Shown: in pieces, positions 9,966-20,117 of the stretch | Position numbering within the stretch: position 1 is the stretch's first letter | How the letters are laid out: the number at the start of each line of letters is the position of its first letter | NCBI GenBank assembly: GCA_001689485.1 | Contig: LUJQ01000003.1 | Coordinates: 34,677-98,676 of the forward strand | Direction: 5' to 3' | Source of the DNA: Bacteroidales bacterium M6 | GTDB taxonomy: Bacteria > Bacteroidota > Bacteroidia > Bacteroidales > Muribaculaceae | DNA: 64,000 nucleotides | The notes under the pieces: generated by a model | Seen by the model: only the letters and a program-made list of their open reading frames with translations | The model's database searches: none | What the model was told of the DNA's origin: nothing | Position numbers and translations under genes: made by a program

Positions 9966-11777
9966 TTAATCTTCCCTTTTTTTGCGAGTACGCATCGACG
10001 GCAGGAGCGACGGCTGCTTGCCGGTAATCATTTTCAATGCATCCTCGTTGCGACGCAATGCCAAGGGGTTTTCAGATGGCTGCGGACGCGCATCGGGATT
10101 ATTCCCGCTCCGGGATGCAAATGACTTACCGGCACCTGGACGCCCGGGACGGAAGTCATCCGACATTGCACGTCGGCGGTCGTCGGGCTGACGGCGGTCG
10201 CCACGTTCACCTCCGGGGCGGTAGCGCTCCTCAAGTTTGTTCCGTGCAGGCCATGCCTTGCTTTCACGGCGCTCACGACGCTTGTCGGCAAAAGCCCGTT
10301 CGTCCGACCTGCCGTCGCGGAAACGCGGGCGGTCGCCACGACCTTCACGTGATTCGTCGTCACGGTCGGATTTACGGTCAAACCGGCGGTCGGATTTGAA
10401 ATCCGGCTTCCTGCCGAATTTGCGGTCATCCTTGCCGAAACGTTTGCCGTCCCTGCGGCCGAACCGGCCTTCCTTACGGTCACCGCGCTCGAATCTGTCA
10501 CCACGTTCAAACTTGTCGCCACGGCTGAAACGGCCTTCGCGACGGTTATCGCGGTCGCGACGCGGTTTGGCGTCACTACGTTCAGGCTCGTCATCATTCT
10601 GCTCGCGCAGACGCCCCCCTTCCCTGCGGAACGATTTATAATCACCCTCGAAGATAATGTACTCGCGCAACTCGCATTCGAGCGACCCGTTGAGAATAGG
10701 AATCTTGACCGAAGGCGCAAGCCCGATTTTGGCTATATATTCGTTTTTGGCTGCGATAATCCAGGCATGATAACCAAGGAACACCTTTTTGAGTTTCTGC
10801 CCTATCAGGCTGTAAAGGCCGTCCATATCCTCGGCGCTGATACGTTCGCCATACGGAGGGTTGGTTATGAGCACCCCGTTCTCCGGGGCTTCAGTCCAGG
10901 CCGAAAGCGGGCGGGTCTGCAAATCGATCATACGCCCCACACCGGCGCTCTTTATGTTGCGTTCGGCAATTTCAACGGCTTTGGGCGATATGTCGGAGCC
11001 ATATATCTTGAAATCGAACTCACGCTCACCCGAATCATCGTTATAGATGCGGTCGAACAGTTCGTGGTCGAAGTCTTTCCAGTTTTCAAAAGAGAAATGC
11101 CTGCGATATACACCGGGGTTGATATTCGCCGCAATCAGGGCAGCCTCGATAAGGAATGTCCCCGAACCGCACATAGGGTCGACCAGCGGGCAGTCGCCGC
11201 GCCAGCCGCTGCGCAGGATTATACCGGCGGCAAGCACCTCGTTGATGGGAGCCTCGGTCTGGGCAACCCGGTAGCCGCGTTTATGCAGCGACTCGCCTGA
11301 GGAGTCAAGCGAAAGGGTCACATCCTCGCCTGAAATATGCACGTTAATCATAACGTCGGCATCCTGCAAACGCACACCGGGACGTTTGTCATCGCCATAG
11401 CGGTCCTTAAACCAGTCCACAATAGCATCCTTGACCCTGTAGGTAACGAAACGCGAATGGGTGAATTCGTCGCTGAATGCCACAGTGTCGATGGAGAATG
11501 TGCCGCCTACCGACATCAAAGTCCCCCAATCGAATTCTTTGGCATGCTCGTAAAGGTCGTCGGTGTTGCGGGCCTTGAATTTATGTATCGGTTTGAGAAT
11601 GCGCAACGCCGTGCGGCAACACAGGTTCGCCTTATAAAGCATTTCCAGGTCGCCTTCAAATGACACCATCCGGCGTCCCGGCTCAACATTTTCGGCACCA
11701 AGGCCACGCAGCTCCTCGGCCAGCACATCTTCCAGACCCTGGAAGGTTTTAGCCACCATTTCAAATTGTTCTTTCAT
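9966..11777 (-). CDS. THUMP-domain class I SAM RNA methyltransferase (RlmL-like) with long low-complexity C-terminal tail
   Basis: SGESLHKRGYR, DPMCGSGT, ITNPPYGER; TAACTTTG promoter at 11801-11808 (minus). Confidence 0.9.
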   Translation of the reverse strand: MKEQFEMVAKTFQGLEDVLAEELRGLGAENVEPGRRMVSFEGDLEMLYKANLCCRTALRILKPIHKFKARNTDDLYEHAKEFDWGTLMSVGGTFSIDTVAFSDEFTHSRFVTYRVKDAIVDWFKDRYGDDKRPGVRLQDADVMINVHISGEDVTLSLDSSGESLHKRGYRVAQTEAPINEVLAAGIILRSGWRGDCPLVDPMCGSGTFLIEAALIAANINPGVYRRHFSFENWKDFDHELFDRIYNDDSGEREFDFKIYGSDISPKAVEIAERNIKSAGVGRMIDLQTRPLSAWTEAPENGVLITNPPYGERISAEDMDGLYSLIGQKLKKVFLGYHAWIIAAKNEYIAKIGLAPSVKIPILNGSLECELREYIIFEGDYKSFRREGGRLREQNDDEPERSDAKPRRDRDNRREGRFSRGDKFERGDRFERGDRKEGRFGRRDGKRFGKDDRKFGRKPDFKSDRRFDRKSDRDDESREGRGDRPRFRDGRSDERAFADKRRERRESKAWPARNKLEERYRPGGERGDRRQPDDRRRAMSDDFRPGRPGAGKSFASRSGNNPDARPQPSENPLALRRNEDALKMITGKQPSLLPSMRTRKKRED

Positions 11778-11908
11778 CGTCGGGGACAGTAAAGTTGCCG
11801 CAAAGTTACGAAAAAGAAACTGAAGAAGCAGAACGCAAGCAGCAATAAGTCAGAAGTAAGGGTGAACAAACCTTGCAATTTCACATCAAAGCCCCGATTA
11901 CCTCACAC

Positions 11909-12712
11909 TTATGGCTGCAAATCCCCGTAGGAAGCCTCTGCCGCATTGAGGTGCTGTTGGTTACGTGATGCGATGGTTTCGACAGGCACAGGAAGCCGCA
12001 CCCACAGGCTGTTGGGAATCAGGCGCCATAATCCCACCAGGATGTTCCACCGCCAGTCAACAACCGAAACCCGCCTCCGGCGGCGAATTGCGCGTATAAT
12101 TCTCGGCACGGCATAAGGAAGCTGCATAATCATTGGATAATTCCGGTCATCGTCAAGCAAAGGCGTACGAATCCAGCCGGGACGGATGTCGGTGAATTTT
12201 ATATGCAGCTTCTGGATTGTGGCAAGTTGGTTGAGCGCCCGCAGATAGGTTTGCTGGAAACGTTTCGAGGCACTGTAGGCTGCAAGATGCCCCAATCCGT
12301 TAGTACCGGCAACGGAGGTTATGGCCGCAATCTGGCCGAATCCGGCACGCTCGTCGCGGAAATAGCGGAAAGCGGTGTCGACCATACGTGTGAACCCCAC
12401 AACGTTGGTCTGCATGGTCGCTACCTCCTTATCGACCTCCAATTCGTCGTTGCCGTAACCGATTCCGGCGATATGGAAGTACACATCCATGCCACCCATG
12501 CGGCGGATAAGGTGACGCAGATGCTCGGATGCTTTCTCGTCTGTTACATCAATCCGGGAATAGAAAACGCGGCCCGGATATTTCTTCTGAAGCTCCTTCA
12601 TCACTTCGACCTTGCGCCCGGCTATGCCTACAAGCATTCCGTCGGCGGCAAGCCGTTCGGCCACATTCAGCCCGATTCCCGATGTCGCCCCCACGATAAC
12701 CACTTTCTTCAT
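11909..12712 (-). CDS. SDR family NAD(P)-dependent oxidoreductase
   Basis: VGATSGIG, ITSVAG, YSASK, IRPGWIRT. Confidence 0.9.
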   Translation of the reverse strand: MKKVVIVGATSGIGLNVAERLAADGMLVGIAGRKVEVMKELQKKYPGRVFYSRIDVTDEKASEHLRHLIRRMGGMDVYFHIAGIGYGNDELEVDKEVATMQTNVVGFTRMVDTAFRYFRDERAGFGQIAAITSVAGTNGLGHLAAYSASKRFQQTYLRALNQLATIQKLHIKFTDIRPGWIRTPLLDDDRNYPMIMQLPYAVPRIIRAIRRRRRVSVVDWRWNILVGLWRLIPNSLWVRLPVPVETIASRNQQHLNAAEASYGDLQP

Positions 12713-12790
12713 AACACTCCGGATTTAAAAGATTAGAACCATAGTGATTCATTATGAAGCAGGTAGGGAGAAATACCCGCCGCCTCAAAG

Positions 12791-12824
12791 AAAAAACGCA
12801 ACATCCGAATCGGATGTTGCGTTT
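12791..12824 (-). terminator. Intrinsic terminator of the large secreted protein gene
   Basis: AAACGCAACATCCGA/TCGGATGTTGCGTTT stem; A-run gives U-tail on the minus strand. Confidence 0.75.
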
Positions 12825-12857
12825 AATCAAATTAAAAAACCCAAACGTATTTTATAT

Positions 12858-15800
12858 TCACAGTTTCTTCATAAAGCGGAGCACACGGCTGGAGCCGTCG
12901 GAAGTAACCACTTCGGCAATGCATGCCCCGGCAGGGAGATCTGCAATCGACACCGTTGCCGCCCCGTTAAGATTATGGGTGGCATGCAGCACACCGTCGA
13001 CAGAGAACAGGCGCAACGTATAATCCCCTTCGGCCCCAAGAATGGTGAGGCAGTCGCGCGCCGATAACCTGACACGGATTTCGGACACCGCACCTGAAAC
13101 ACCGTCGAGGGCCGACGACGGGTCGTACGCCCCAAGCTGGTCAAAGCAGGCATAACCCGGCACAAAATCCTTCTGCGTGCTCTCATAGTCGAGCTTCAAA
13201 GTGTTTACCGCACCAAGCTGCGAGAGGTCAAACCATTTCCAGTCGGAAAGCACATATCCCCCGGCCTCGCCATATTCGCCACGGAAATCGGCAAGCACGG
13301 CATCGACAACACCGGTCTCTTTTCCTTCGGCATCGTAGCCGTAGATTTTCAACGTCATGTAGTCGCCGTTTTCAGCCGTGAATTTAGGGCACCACGTGTC
13401 GCCTAACAGAATTTTCTCGGCAGTGACGGCAGCATTGGTGATATACACACCGGGGATTACAAGCCCTTTGTCGGAAGCCGACACATTGATACGCGTGTCG
13501 GCATACATCATATATGCCACCCCGTAGTTGTCAGTCTTGGCGGCACCACCACCTACCACATTGCGGAACTGGTTTGTGTAATCATCGTTGAACTCGGTTG
13601 CGGTTTCATTTGCATAACCATATCCGCACCATGCCCCGTATTGCACCATCGGGAAGTTGCCGAAGCGGAAAGAACCGCTGAAGAACGCATCTGAAACCGT
13701 TTCGGCTGTAGCATCGGGATCGAACATCCAGTTGCTTTCAGGTTCAAGGAAAAGGTCGTCGAATGTGGCTACACTAAGGGTCGGGGCAATCACCGGCACA
13801 AGGGCTTTAGTCCGTGCGGTCTGGCCGTCGGCCGATGTAATCTCCAAACGATAAGTCTGGTTCACGGACGCCTCACAGGTAAACAGATCGGATGAACCTA
13901 CAGGTTCATTCATCTGGTCGACCCACTGATATGTATAAGGCTCTTTACCACCTACTGCATATGCTTGCAGCACAATGCTTTCGCCTGCGGCAACAGGCTC
14001 CTCATCCCAATCAATCACAGCCATAAGCGGCTCAATAGTCTCGGTGGTCGAGAACAGCGGGGAGGCAACGATTTGCGACTCTTCGCCCAATGCGCTGACC
14101 ATCAGAAAATAAGCCTTATACTCCGTAAGCTGGTCGAGGAAGTTGAATGTGTAGGGGGTTTCAACGTCGGCATCACATGCCACAGGACGGGTGCGCATCA
14201 GCTCGTCACGCGAGGGAGCGTTGGACGAAGCTTTCACCGCCTTGGCATAAAGGGAGCCGCCTACTGTCCAACGGGTGTTGACCGTTGCCGAAACATCCTT
14301 TACCGTCCCCAATGCCGGATACCCGTCCATGATTTCAGGTGCCACAGCCACCACCGGCGCATATTCATAAGCCCCGGCGGTTGTTTTCTCCGGGCGTTCC
14401 GTGCCTTCGGCATCGTGCGTCACAGCTTCAAGACGCGGCATCGCCATAGCCTCACCGGCTGAACGGAGGTGAAGGTCTGAATCGCTGAAAAATTCGGCCT
14501 GCATCCACACGGAGCTGTTATCGCCTGTCGCTTCCTGATATTCAGCAAATGTCTTCCCGTCGCCGTCCATCACTTCCGCCCCGCCGTAATAAACGTTTCC
14601 CGAGAATTTAAGGTTGCCGTAGTGAGAGGCATCCCACGGGCGGAGCGGCCCGGACGCAGTGGAGTTCTGAAGGATATTGTTGCAGACCATGGCGGCGCCA
14701 TTGGCCGGTGCCGTACTGGAAAAAGCAAGCGCGAACACCGACTTGAGTGTCGAAGCCCCTTTGACATTTACGGAATTGTGCGCCACAATAACATTCTGAA
14801 TCGAGGCATCCTGCATTATGCCGTAAGTATAGGATGACGCGGCATTGGGGATGACCACGACGTTGTTGGCAACCAAAGCCGGGTTTGCCTGATCTGACAG
14901 GCCGCCTCCGGTGCGGAGGTAGATGCCTGTGCCGTCGGTCGACTGGAGCATCGACACCTTGTTGCCGGTTACACGGTAGGCACCGTGCGGGCGGTAAATG
15001 TCGATTGCATTATAGCTCTTACGGGCGGTTTCGGAAGTAATGTTATTTCCGGCCACGGTGAAATCCTGGCAATCGTTCACATAAATACCCTTGAAATAAG
15101 GGTTGGAAAAAACATTGCCGGTAACGGAAATCCCCTTTACCTTAGGCAGAGCCACAAAACCGGCCCCCGACGCATACATGGCAATATAACCGCCGTCGAA
15201 ATAGCTATCCTTAACGGTGAGGTAATCGCAGTTGGTATTCTCCACATTGCCTCCGTCGGCCACCCTTACCAGCGATGTTTCCGCACCGCCGGTCACATCC
15301 GCACGGATAATGCAGTTCTCAATGGAACAATGGCGGCTGCCGTTCCTGAAAAGGATTGCCGAATAAGATTCGTCGGAAGTGTCGGATTTCGGTACGGACA
15401 CAGTAAGGTTGCGGAAGTGCACATATGAGGAATTGTCGACTGTCACCACCCCTCGGTCGGCAAGCACCCCGGCACCCGAAATCACCACTTTGTCGCGGTT
15501 GCCCGAAAGCGACGAGAACACAACGGGATGAGTCGCCGTGCCACCCTGGATGTCGGCAACGGTTATATTTTCCTTATATACCCCGTCTTCCAGCATGAAC
15601 AGGACTGATGCCTCCACACCTGCCGCAAGGGCATCCACCGCTTCTGCCAGTGAATGATAATCGGCATCGTCCGACGAACCTACACGGAATGTGCCACCAA
15701 GCCCGGCCTTAACCTTTACCGTGGCGGCATTCTCTGCCGGCACTGTCACAGCCTCGCCGGTTGTAGACACCGAAGTCACAGCTGCCGTCAGGCTGTTGCC

Positions 15801-16625
15801 TGCAACCGCCTGCCCCGAAATATCGGCGGCAACCCACAGATGGTAAACCCCGGCTGCGTCAAATTCCAAAGGACGGTTGAACACCAGCTCCGCTTTCCCG
15901 GCATCGAAACGTGTAACGGCGTCACACACCGGGGTTACAGGGGCGAACACCCCGTTGGTGCCCGTATAGAAAACCTTTGCACCCTGGATGTCGGCAATAT
16001 CCGACGAACCGCTGAAATCAACGCCCACGCCTGAAACGGCAACCTTCCCGGAATTACCGGAAACAGTCACCTCAAGGTGGACTACCGGCACATCACCCGA
16101 ACCACGCACCACATCACCGGCTACACCGGGAGAAACAGAAATCCCCCCGACATCCATTTTCACGGCATCAAGCGATGTTACCGACATCACCCAGCCTTTC
16201 AACGTCGAGGCTGTGGCATGAGCCTTGAAGTCGACCGTCAGCGACCCGTCGGCAGCTTTCGAAAGCACGTTTGACGGGCCGGTTGTGGTGGAATAACCTG
16301 TGCCTTTCCCAACCACTGCGGCAGCATCCACATCATGGCCGCTGTAAACATACATTTTGCCCCCGCCGATGCTGAATTCCTCGGCATTCAACATCAGCAC
16401 CTTCCCTTCATGAGCCGGTATGAATGTCACGGTTCCGGCAAAACCGGGGGTAATATTGGCATCCGCCCCGCCGTCATCATAGAACGAGAGCGGGGAATCC
16501 ACCGTCACGGTATGTCCTGTTCCCGGTTCCAATACATAGGTCTGCATGGCATCGGATGCATAAGCCCTGGCAAAGCCTCCGCTTAGGAGGGATGCCAAAA
16601 CCAAAAATGTAGAAATGTGTCTCAT
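12858..16625 (-). CDS. Large T9SS-type secreted multidomain protein (CUB-like, parallel beta-helix, DUF4465-like, CTD); putative cobalamin-binding surface protein
   Basis: Signal peptide; FYDDGG CUB-like module; 'GN.(I/V/F)' beta-helix repeats; DUF4465-like motifs (WCGYGY, YITNA, LADFR, DWKWFDLSQLG, PGYACFD); CTD ending VLRFMKKL; follows a B12 riboswitch. Confidence 0.75.
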   Translation of the reverse strand: MRHISTFLVLASLLSGGFARAYASDAMQTYVLEPGTGHTVTVDSPLSFYDDGGADANITPGFAGTVTFIPAHEGKVLMLNAEEFSIGGGKMYVYSGHDVDAAAVVGKGTGYSTTTGPSNVLSKAADGSLTVDFKAHATASTLKGWVMSVTSLDAVKMDVGGISVSPGVAGDVVRGSGDVPVVHLEVTVSGNSGKVAVSGVGVDFSGSSDIADIQGAKVFYTGTNGVFAPVTPVCDAVTRFDAGKAELVFNRPLEFDAAGVYHLWVAADISGQAVAGNSLTAAVTSVSTTGEAVTVPAENAATVKVKAGLGGTFRVGSSDDADYHSLAEAVDALAAGVEASVLFMLEDGVYKENITVADIQGGTATHPVVFSSLSGNRDKVVISGAGVLADRGVVTVDNSSYVHFRNLTVSVPKSDTSDESYSAILFRNGSRHCSIENCIIRADVTGGAETSLVRVADGGNVENTNCDYLTVKDSYFDGGYIAMYASGAGFVALPKVKGISVTGNVFSNPYFKGIYVNDCQDFTVAGNNITSETARKSYNAIDIYRPHGAYRVTGNKVSMLQSTDGTGIYLRTGGGLSDQANPALVANNVVVIPNAASSYTYGIMQDASIQNVIVAHNSVNVKGASTLKSVFALAFSSTAPANGAAMVCNNILQNSTASGPLRPWDASHYGNLKFSGNVYYGGAEVMDGDGKTFAEYQEATGDNSSVWMQAEFFSDSDLHLRSAGEAMAMPRLEAVTHDAEGTERPEKTTAGAYEYAPVVAVAPEIMDGYPALGTVKDVSATVNTRWTVGGSLYAKAVKASSNAPSRDELMRTRPVACDADVETPYTFNFLDQLTEYKAYFLMVSALGEESQIVASPLFSTTETIEPLMAVIDWDEEPVAAGESIVLQAYAVGGKEPYTYQWVDQMNEPVGSSDLFTCEASVNQTYRLEITSADGQTARTKALVPVIAPTLSVATFDDLFLEPESNWMFDPDATAETVSDAFFSGSFRFGNFPMVQYGAWCGYGYANETATEFNDDYTNQFRNVVGGGAAKTDNYGVAYMMYADTRINVSASDKGLVIPGVYITNAAVTAEKILLGDTWCPKFTAENGDYMTLKIYGYDAEGKETGVVDAVLADFRGEYGEAGGYVLSDWKWFDLSQLGAVNTLKLDYESTQKDFVPGYACFDQLGAYDPSSALDGVSGAVSEIRVRLSARDCLTILGAEGDYTLRLFSVDGVLHATHNLNGAATVSIADLPAGACIAEVVTSDGSSRVLRFMKKL

Positions 16626-17003
16626 GTAAAAATTTTAATGATTATGTTTATTTAGTCAGTTTCAACATGGCGGCCAGCCGCCCCACCCGCAGCAGGCAAG
16701 AAAGACGGGGGCTTCTTTTGCAACCGGCTTTACCGTAGGTTGCATGCCTTGTCCCGTTAGGGAAAAGCATGCGTAACAACACGACAAAACCGCAGGCAGC
16801 AGAAGCCACACGCGGGGGAATTGTAACTCATAAAAAGCGCAACGTAAGCAGCGCTATTGTAATGGGAACAAGATTAGCCATGGTCTCAATCCTCGAAGAC
16901 GTGTTGTTAAAACGGCTGTTGCATGCAGACGGCTTTATCCGGAACCGGCAACACAGAGTCGCACAATTGCAGCATAAGACGCACTACATGCAGATAGGAC
17001 ACA

Positions 17004-17262
17004 CAGGCAGGTCTTCTGACTCGCTTCTTCCCGTATCCGTCGCCTTGCCTTCCCACGGTTCTTTCAGATGAACCGCAGTGGCAACCCCATCTCGGTTGTG
17101 GCGACAACGAGGGGCAAATCCCGGCTTTCGCCTGTAAGGACGGCTCTCCGCCCTACCCTTAGGATTCGCCCGAAGCACACAGCAGCGGGACTGTCAAGGA
17201 TTCTCACCCTGTTCCCTTTTAAACGTCCGGCAGGGAAACTCCCTGTCATCGGTCACCTGTTG
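17004..17262 (-). promoter_or_regulatory. Cobalamin riboswitch
   Basis: Minus strand reads AAAAGGGAACAGGGTGAGAATCCTTGACAGTCCCGCTGCTGT ... GCCACTG ... GGGAAGG ... GAGTCAGAAGACCTGCC (B12 box); TACCTTTG promoter at 17272-17279. Confidence 0.92.
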
Positions 17263-17305
17263 TCGGGTCTGCAAAGGTATGCAGATAACTTCGATTATGC
17301 AAAAA

Positions 17306-17345
17306 AGAAGTTGAGAAATTTAGAAGTTGAGAAGTTAAGAAATTT
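17306..17345. repeat. Octamer tandem repeat (AGAARTTD)x5
   Basis: AGAAGTTG AGAAATTT AGAAGTTG AGAAGTTA AGAAATTT. Confidence 0.8.
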
Positions 17346-17382
17346 GGAGGTATTGGAAGAGATTGTTGGATGCACTATTACC

Positions 17383-17441
17383 GATAAGCCGGGGCCGGGA
17401 AGAGAATTTTTTTTGTACTCTCTTCCCGGCCCCGGCTTATC
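17383..17441. terminator. 23-bp perfect inverted repeat downstream of apt (terminator-like)
   Basis: GATAAGCCGGGGCCGGGAAGAGA / TCTCTTCCCGGCCCCGGCTTATC with 13-nt loop. Confidence 0.6.
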
Positions 17442-17516
17442 AGTGAGTCCCGTTTTTATATTATATTGGCTCCATCTTGCCTGACATCAAAACAGGCGCA
17501 GTGCAGATTCGGAACG

Positions 17517-18035
17517 TCAATACTTGATTAGTGATGTCACCTCGGCATCGGCAGGAAGATTGGCACGGCCATTGAGGGCACCCAACTCGATGATGAAGTT
17601 GATATAGATTTTCTTGGGGTTCATACGCTTCACAAGCTCATAGGCTGCGGCCATAGTGCCACCGGTGGCAAGCACGTCATCATGCAACACCACTACATCA
17701 TCCTCAGTTATCGCATCACGATGGATTTCGATTGTATCCTTGCCATACTCCTTGTCATATGAAGCCGTGAGGGTATCGGCAGGAAGTTTGCCAGGCTTAC
17801 GCACCGGCACGAAACCGGCGCCAAGCTCGAAGGCTAGAATCGACCCTCCGATAAAACCACGCGATTCTATACCGACAACCTTGGTCACACCTTTGTCGCG
17901 ATAAAGCTGGGAAAGGTCCCAACCAATAATATGAAGAGCACGCGGATCTTTAAACGCAGTGGTAAGATCTTTAAACACCACCCCCTTTTGAGGGAAATCC
18001 AAAACGTCGCGAACTTTTGATTTAACGTATTCCAT
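17517..18035 (-). CDS. apt: Adenine phosphoribosyltransferase
   Basis: DFPQKGVVFKD, GIESRGF, VRKPGKLP, DDVLATGGT. Confidence 0.95.
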   Translation of the reverse strand: MEYVKSKVRDVLDFPQKGVVFKDLTTAFKDPRALHIIGWDLSQLYRDKGVTKVVGIESRGFIGGSILAFELGAGFVPVRKPGKLPADTLTASYDKEYGKDTIEIHRDAITEDDVVVLHDDVLATGGTMAAAYELVKRMNPKKIYINFIIELGALNGRANLPADAEVTSLIKY

Positions 18036-18106
18036 GATATGGTTTTTATTTATTTGTTTTCTTATAATTATTTCGTATAAACAGCTGGCGATGCGGAGGT
18101 TTCGAA

Positions 18107-18122
18107 TGTTCCACGTGAAACA
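18107..18122. other. parS centromere-like site
   Basis: TGTTCCACGTGAAACA matches the parS consensus TGTTNCACGTGAAACA; intergenic between mnmG and apt. Confidence 0.88.
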
Positions 18123-18134
18123 ATCATGCCTATG

Positions 18135-20117
18135 TCACCGCCCGGAAAGCAGGAGCAGGATATTGATGTCGGCCGGTGAGACACCCGGGATACGCGATGC
18201 CTGGGCAACCGTTGCAGGGCGGATTTTCTGGAGCTTCTGACGGGCCTCCGTAGAAATCGACGATATGGCGGAATAATCGAAACGGTCGCCAAGCGGGATT
18301 GATTCGAGCCTACGGATTTTGTCGGCTATCATCTGTTCGCGTTTGATATATCCGTCATATTTCAATAATATTTCCGCAGCTTCAACAACCTCCTGCCTCA
18401 TATCCTCGGGAAGCGCCGAAACCACCTCGTCAAGTGCCGGCACAATAAGGCAAAGATGCATCACCGACAGTTGCGGACGGAGCAGCAATGCCTTAAGCTT
18501 ACACCCTTCGCGCAACATGGTAAGTTCCGAAGGCGTGCCTTTAAGAGCCAATTCTTCATTAAGCCGTTCCAACCCCCTGTTTATCTCGGCAGCCTTTACC
18601 GAATGGTTTGATATGAATTCTATCAGTCCGTCGCGAAGATGCTGTTTTGAAAGCATCGTATCGTAACGTTCCTGCGAAACCAATCCGGCTTTATAAGCCT
18701 TCGGCGTAAGACGCATGTCGGCATCATCCTGACGGAGCAGGATACGGTATTCCGCCCTCGAAGTAAACATGCGGTAAGGTTCATCGACCCCCTTTGTCAC
18801 AAGGTCGTCGATAAGCACCCCGATGTAAGCCTCGTCACGAGCCAGTGTAAAAGGCGGCACAACCTTGTCGGAACCTTCAGGCAATGCCGAATTCAACGCA
18901 TTGATTGCGGCATTGGCACCGGCAACCAGACCTTGCCCCGCCGCTTCCTCATAGCCCGTAGTCCCGTTAATCTGACCTGCGAAAAACAGGTTCCCGACAA
19001 GCTTCGTTTCGAGCGTATGCTTAAGCTGCGTCGGGTCGAAAAAGTCATATTCGATAGCATAGCCGGGACGGTAAATCTGCACATCAGCAAAAGCGGGTAT
19101 GGTCTTTAAAGCCCGAAGCTGTATATCCATCGGCAACGACGACGAGAAGCCGTTAAGATAAAATTCCTGGGTCTCCTCCCCTTCCGGTTCAAGAAACAGC
19201 TGGTGTTCGGTCTTATCGGCGAATGTGACAATCTTTGTCTCTATCGAAGGGCAGTAACGCGGGCCTATACTTTGAATCTGGCCGTTGTAAAGAGGCGAAT
19301 CAGGCAGCCCCTCCCTAAGGATGTCGTGCGTAGTGCTATTGGTATATACCGTGAAACAACGGCGTTGCCTCAGTTCGCGTCTAACCGAAGGCAGATAGGA
19401 AAATTTGTGGAAATCCTCCTCCAGTTCCTGAGGCTCGGTCAACTCCCACTTTACGGAACGTCCGTCGATACGCACCGGTGTGCCGGTTTTCATCCGTTCC
19501 GACTTGAAACCCATCCCCACAAGCTGCTCTGTGATGCCGCGCGAAGCCGGTTCGGCACAGCGCCCGCCTTCAACCATGGTTCGCCCCACATGCATAAGCC
19601 CGTTAAGGAATGTGCCGTTGGTAAGCACCACCGACCTGGCATTAAACACAGCCCCTAACGCGGTTTTAACGCCCGTCACGACACGGCGTCCACCCCCGGC
19701 GGATGCTTCCCCTTCCGTCCCGCAGGCGTCGGAGAAAACCAATTCTACAACGTCGTCCTGCCAAAGATACAGGCCGGGGGTGTTTTCCAGTATATGGCGC
19801 CACATTTCCGAGAAACGCATGCGGTCAGACTGCGCGCGCGGACTCCACATAGCAGGCCCTTTGGAGCGGTTCAACATGCGGAACTGTATTGCCGTTCGGT
19901 CTGTGACTATACCCATCATCCCCCCCATGGCATCAACTTCCCTGACAATCTGCCCCTTGGCAATACCGCCTACGGCAGGATTGCAGCTCATCTGGGCAAT
20001 CTTGTTGAGATCCATGGTTATAAGCAACGTCCGCGCGCCCATACGCGCCGACGCCGAGGCAGCCTCACAGCCGGCATGGCCTGCCCCGACCACTATAACA
20101 TCGTAGTCAAATTTCAT
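18135..20117 (-). CDS. mnmG: tRNA uridine-5-carboxymethylaminomethyl(34) synthesis enzyme MnmG (GidA)
   Basis: GAGHAGCEAA, MSCNPAVGG, GPRYCPSIE, GQINGTTGYEEA, EPYRMFTSRAE. Confidence 0.97.
   Translation of the reverse strand: MKFDYDVIVVGAGHAGCEAASASARMGARTLLITMDLNKIAQMSCNPAVGGIAKGQIVREVDAMGGMMGIVTDRTAIQFRMLNRSKGPAMWSPRAQSDRMRFSEMWRHILENTPGLYLWQDDVVELVFSDACGTEGEASAGGGRRVVTGVKTALGAVFNARSVVLTNGTFLNGLMHVGRTMVEGGRCAEPASRGITEQLVGMGFKSERMKTGTPVRIDGRSVKWELTEPQELEEDFHKFSYLPSVRRELRQRRCFTVYTNSTTHDILREGLPDSPLYNGQIQSIGPRYCPSIETKIVTFADKTEHQLFLEPEGEETQEFYLNGFSSSLPMDIQLRALKTIPAFADVQIYRPGYAIEYDFFDPTQLKHTLETKLVGNLFFAGQINGTTGYEEAAGQGLVAGANAAINALNSALPEGSDKVVPPFTLARDEAYIGVLIDDLVTKGVDEPYRMFTSRAEYRILLRQDDADMRLTPKAYKAGLVSQERYDTMLSKQHLRDGLIEFISNHSVKAAEINRGLERLNEELALKGTPSELTMLREGCKLKALLLRPQLSVMHLCLIVPALDEVVSALPEDMRQEVVEAAEILLKYDGYIKREQMIADKIRRLESIPLGDRFDYSAISSISTEARQKLQKIRPATVAQASRIPGVSPADINILLLLSGR

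Noticed and set aside
16769..17484. ORFs 16769-17071 and 17068-17484 on the + strand
   Set aside because: Antisense to the riboswitch and run through the octamer repeat and hairpin; no protein features
18135..20117. Short insertions in MnmG as inteins or introns
   Set aside because: Only about 10-17 aa, in frame, with no splicing motifs
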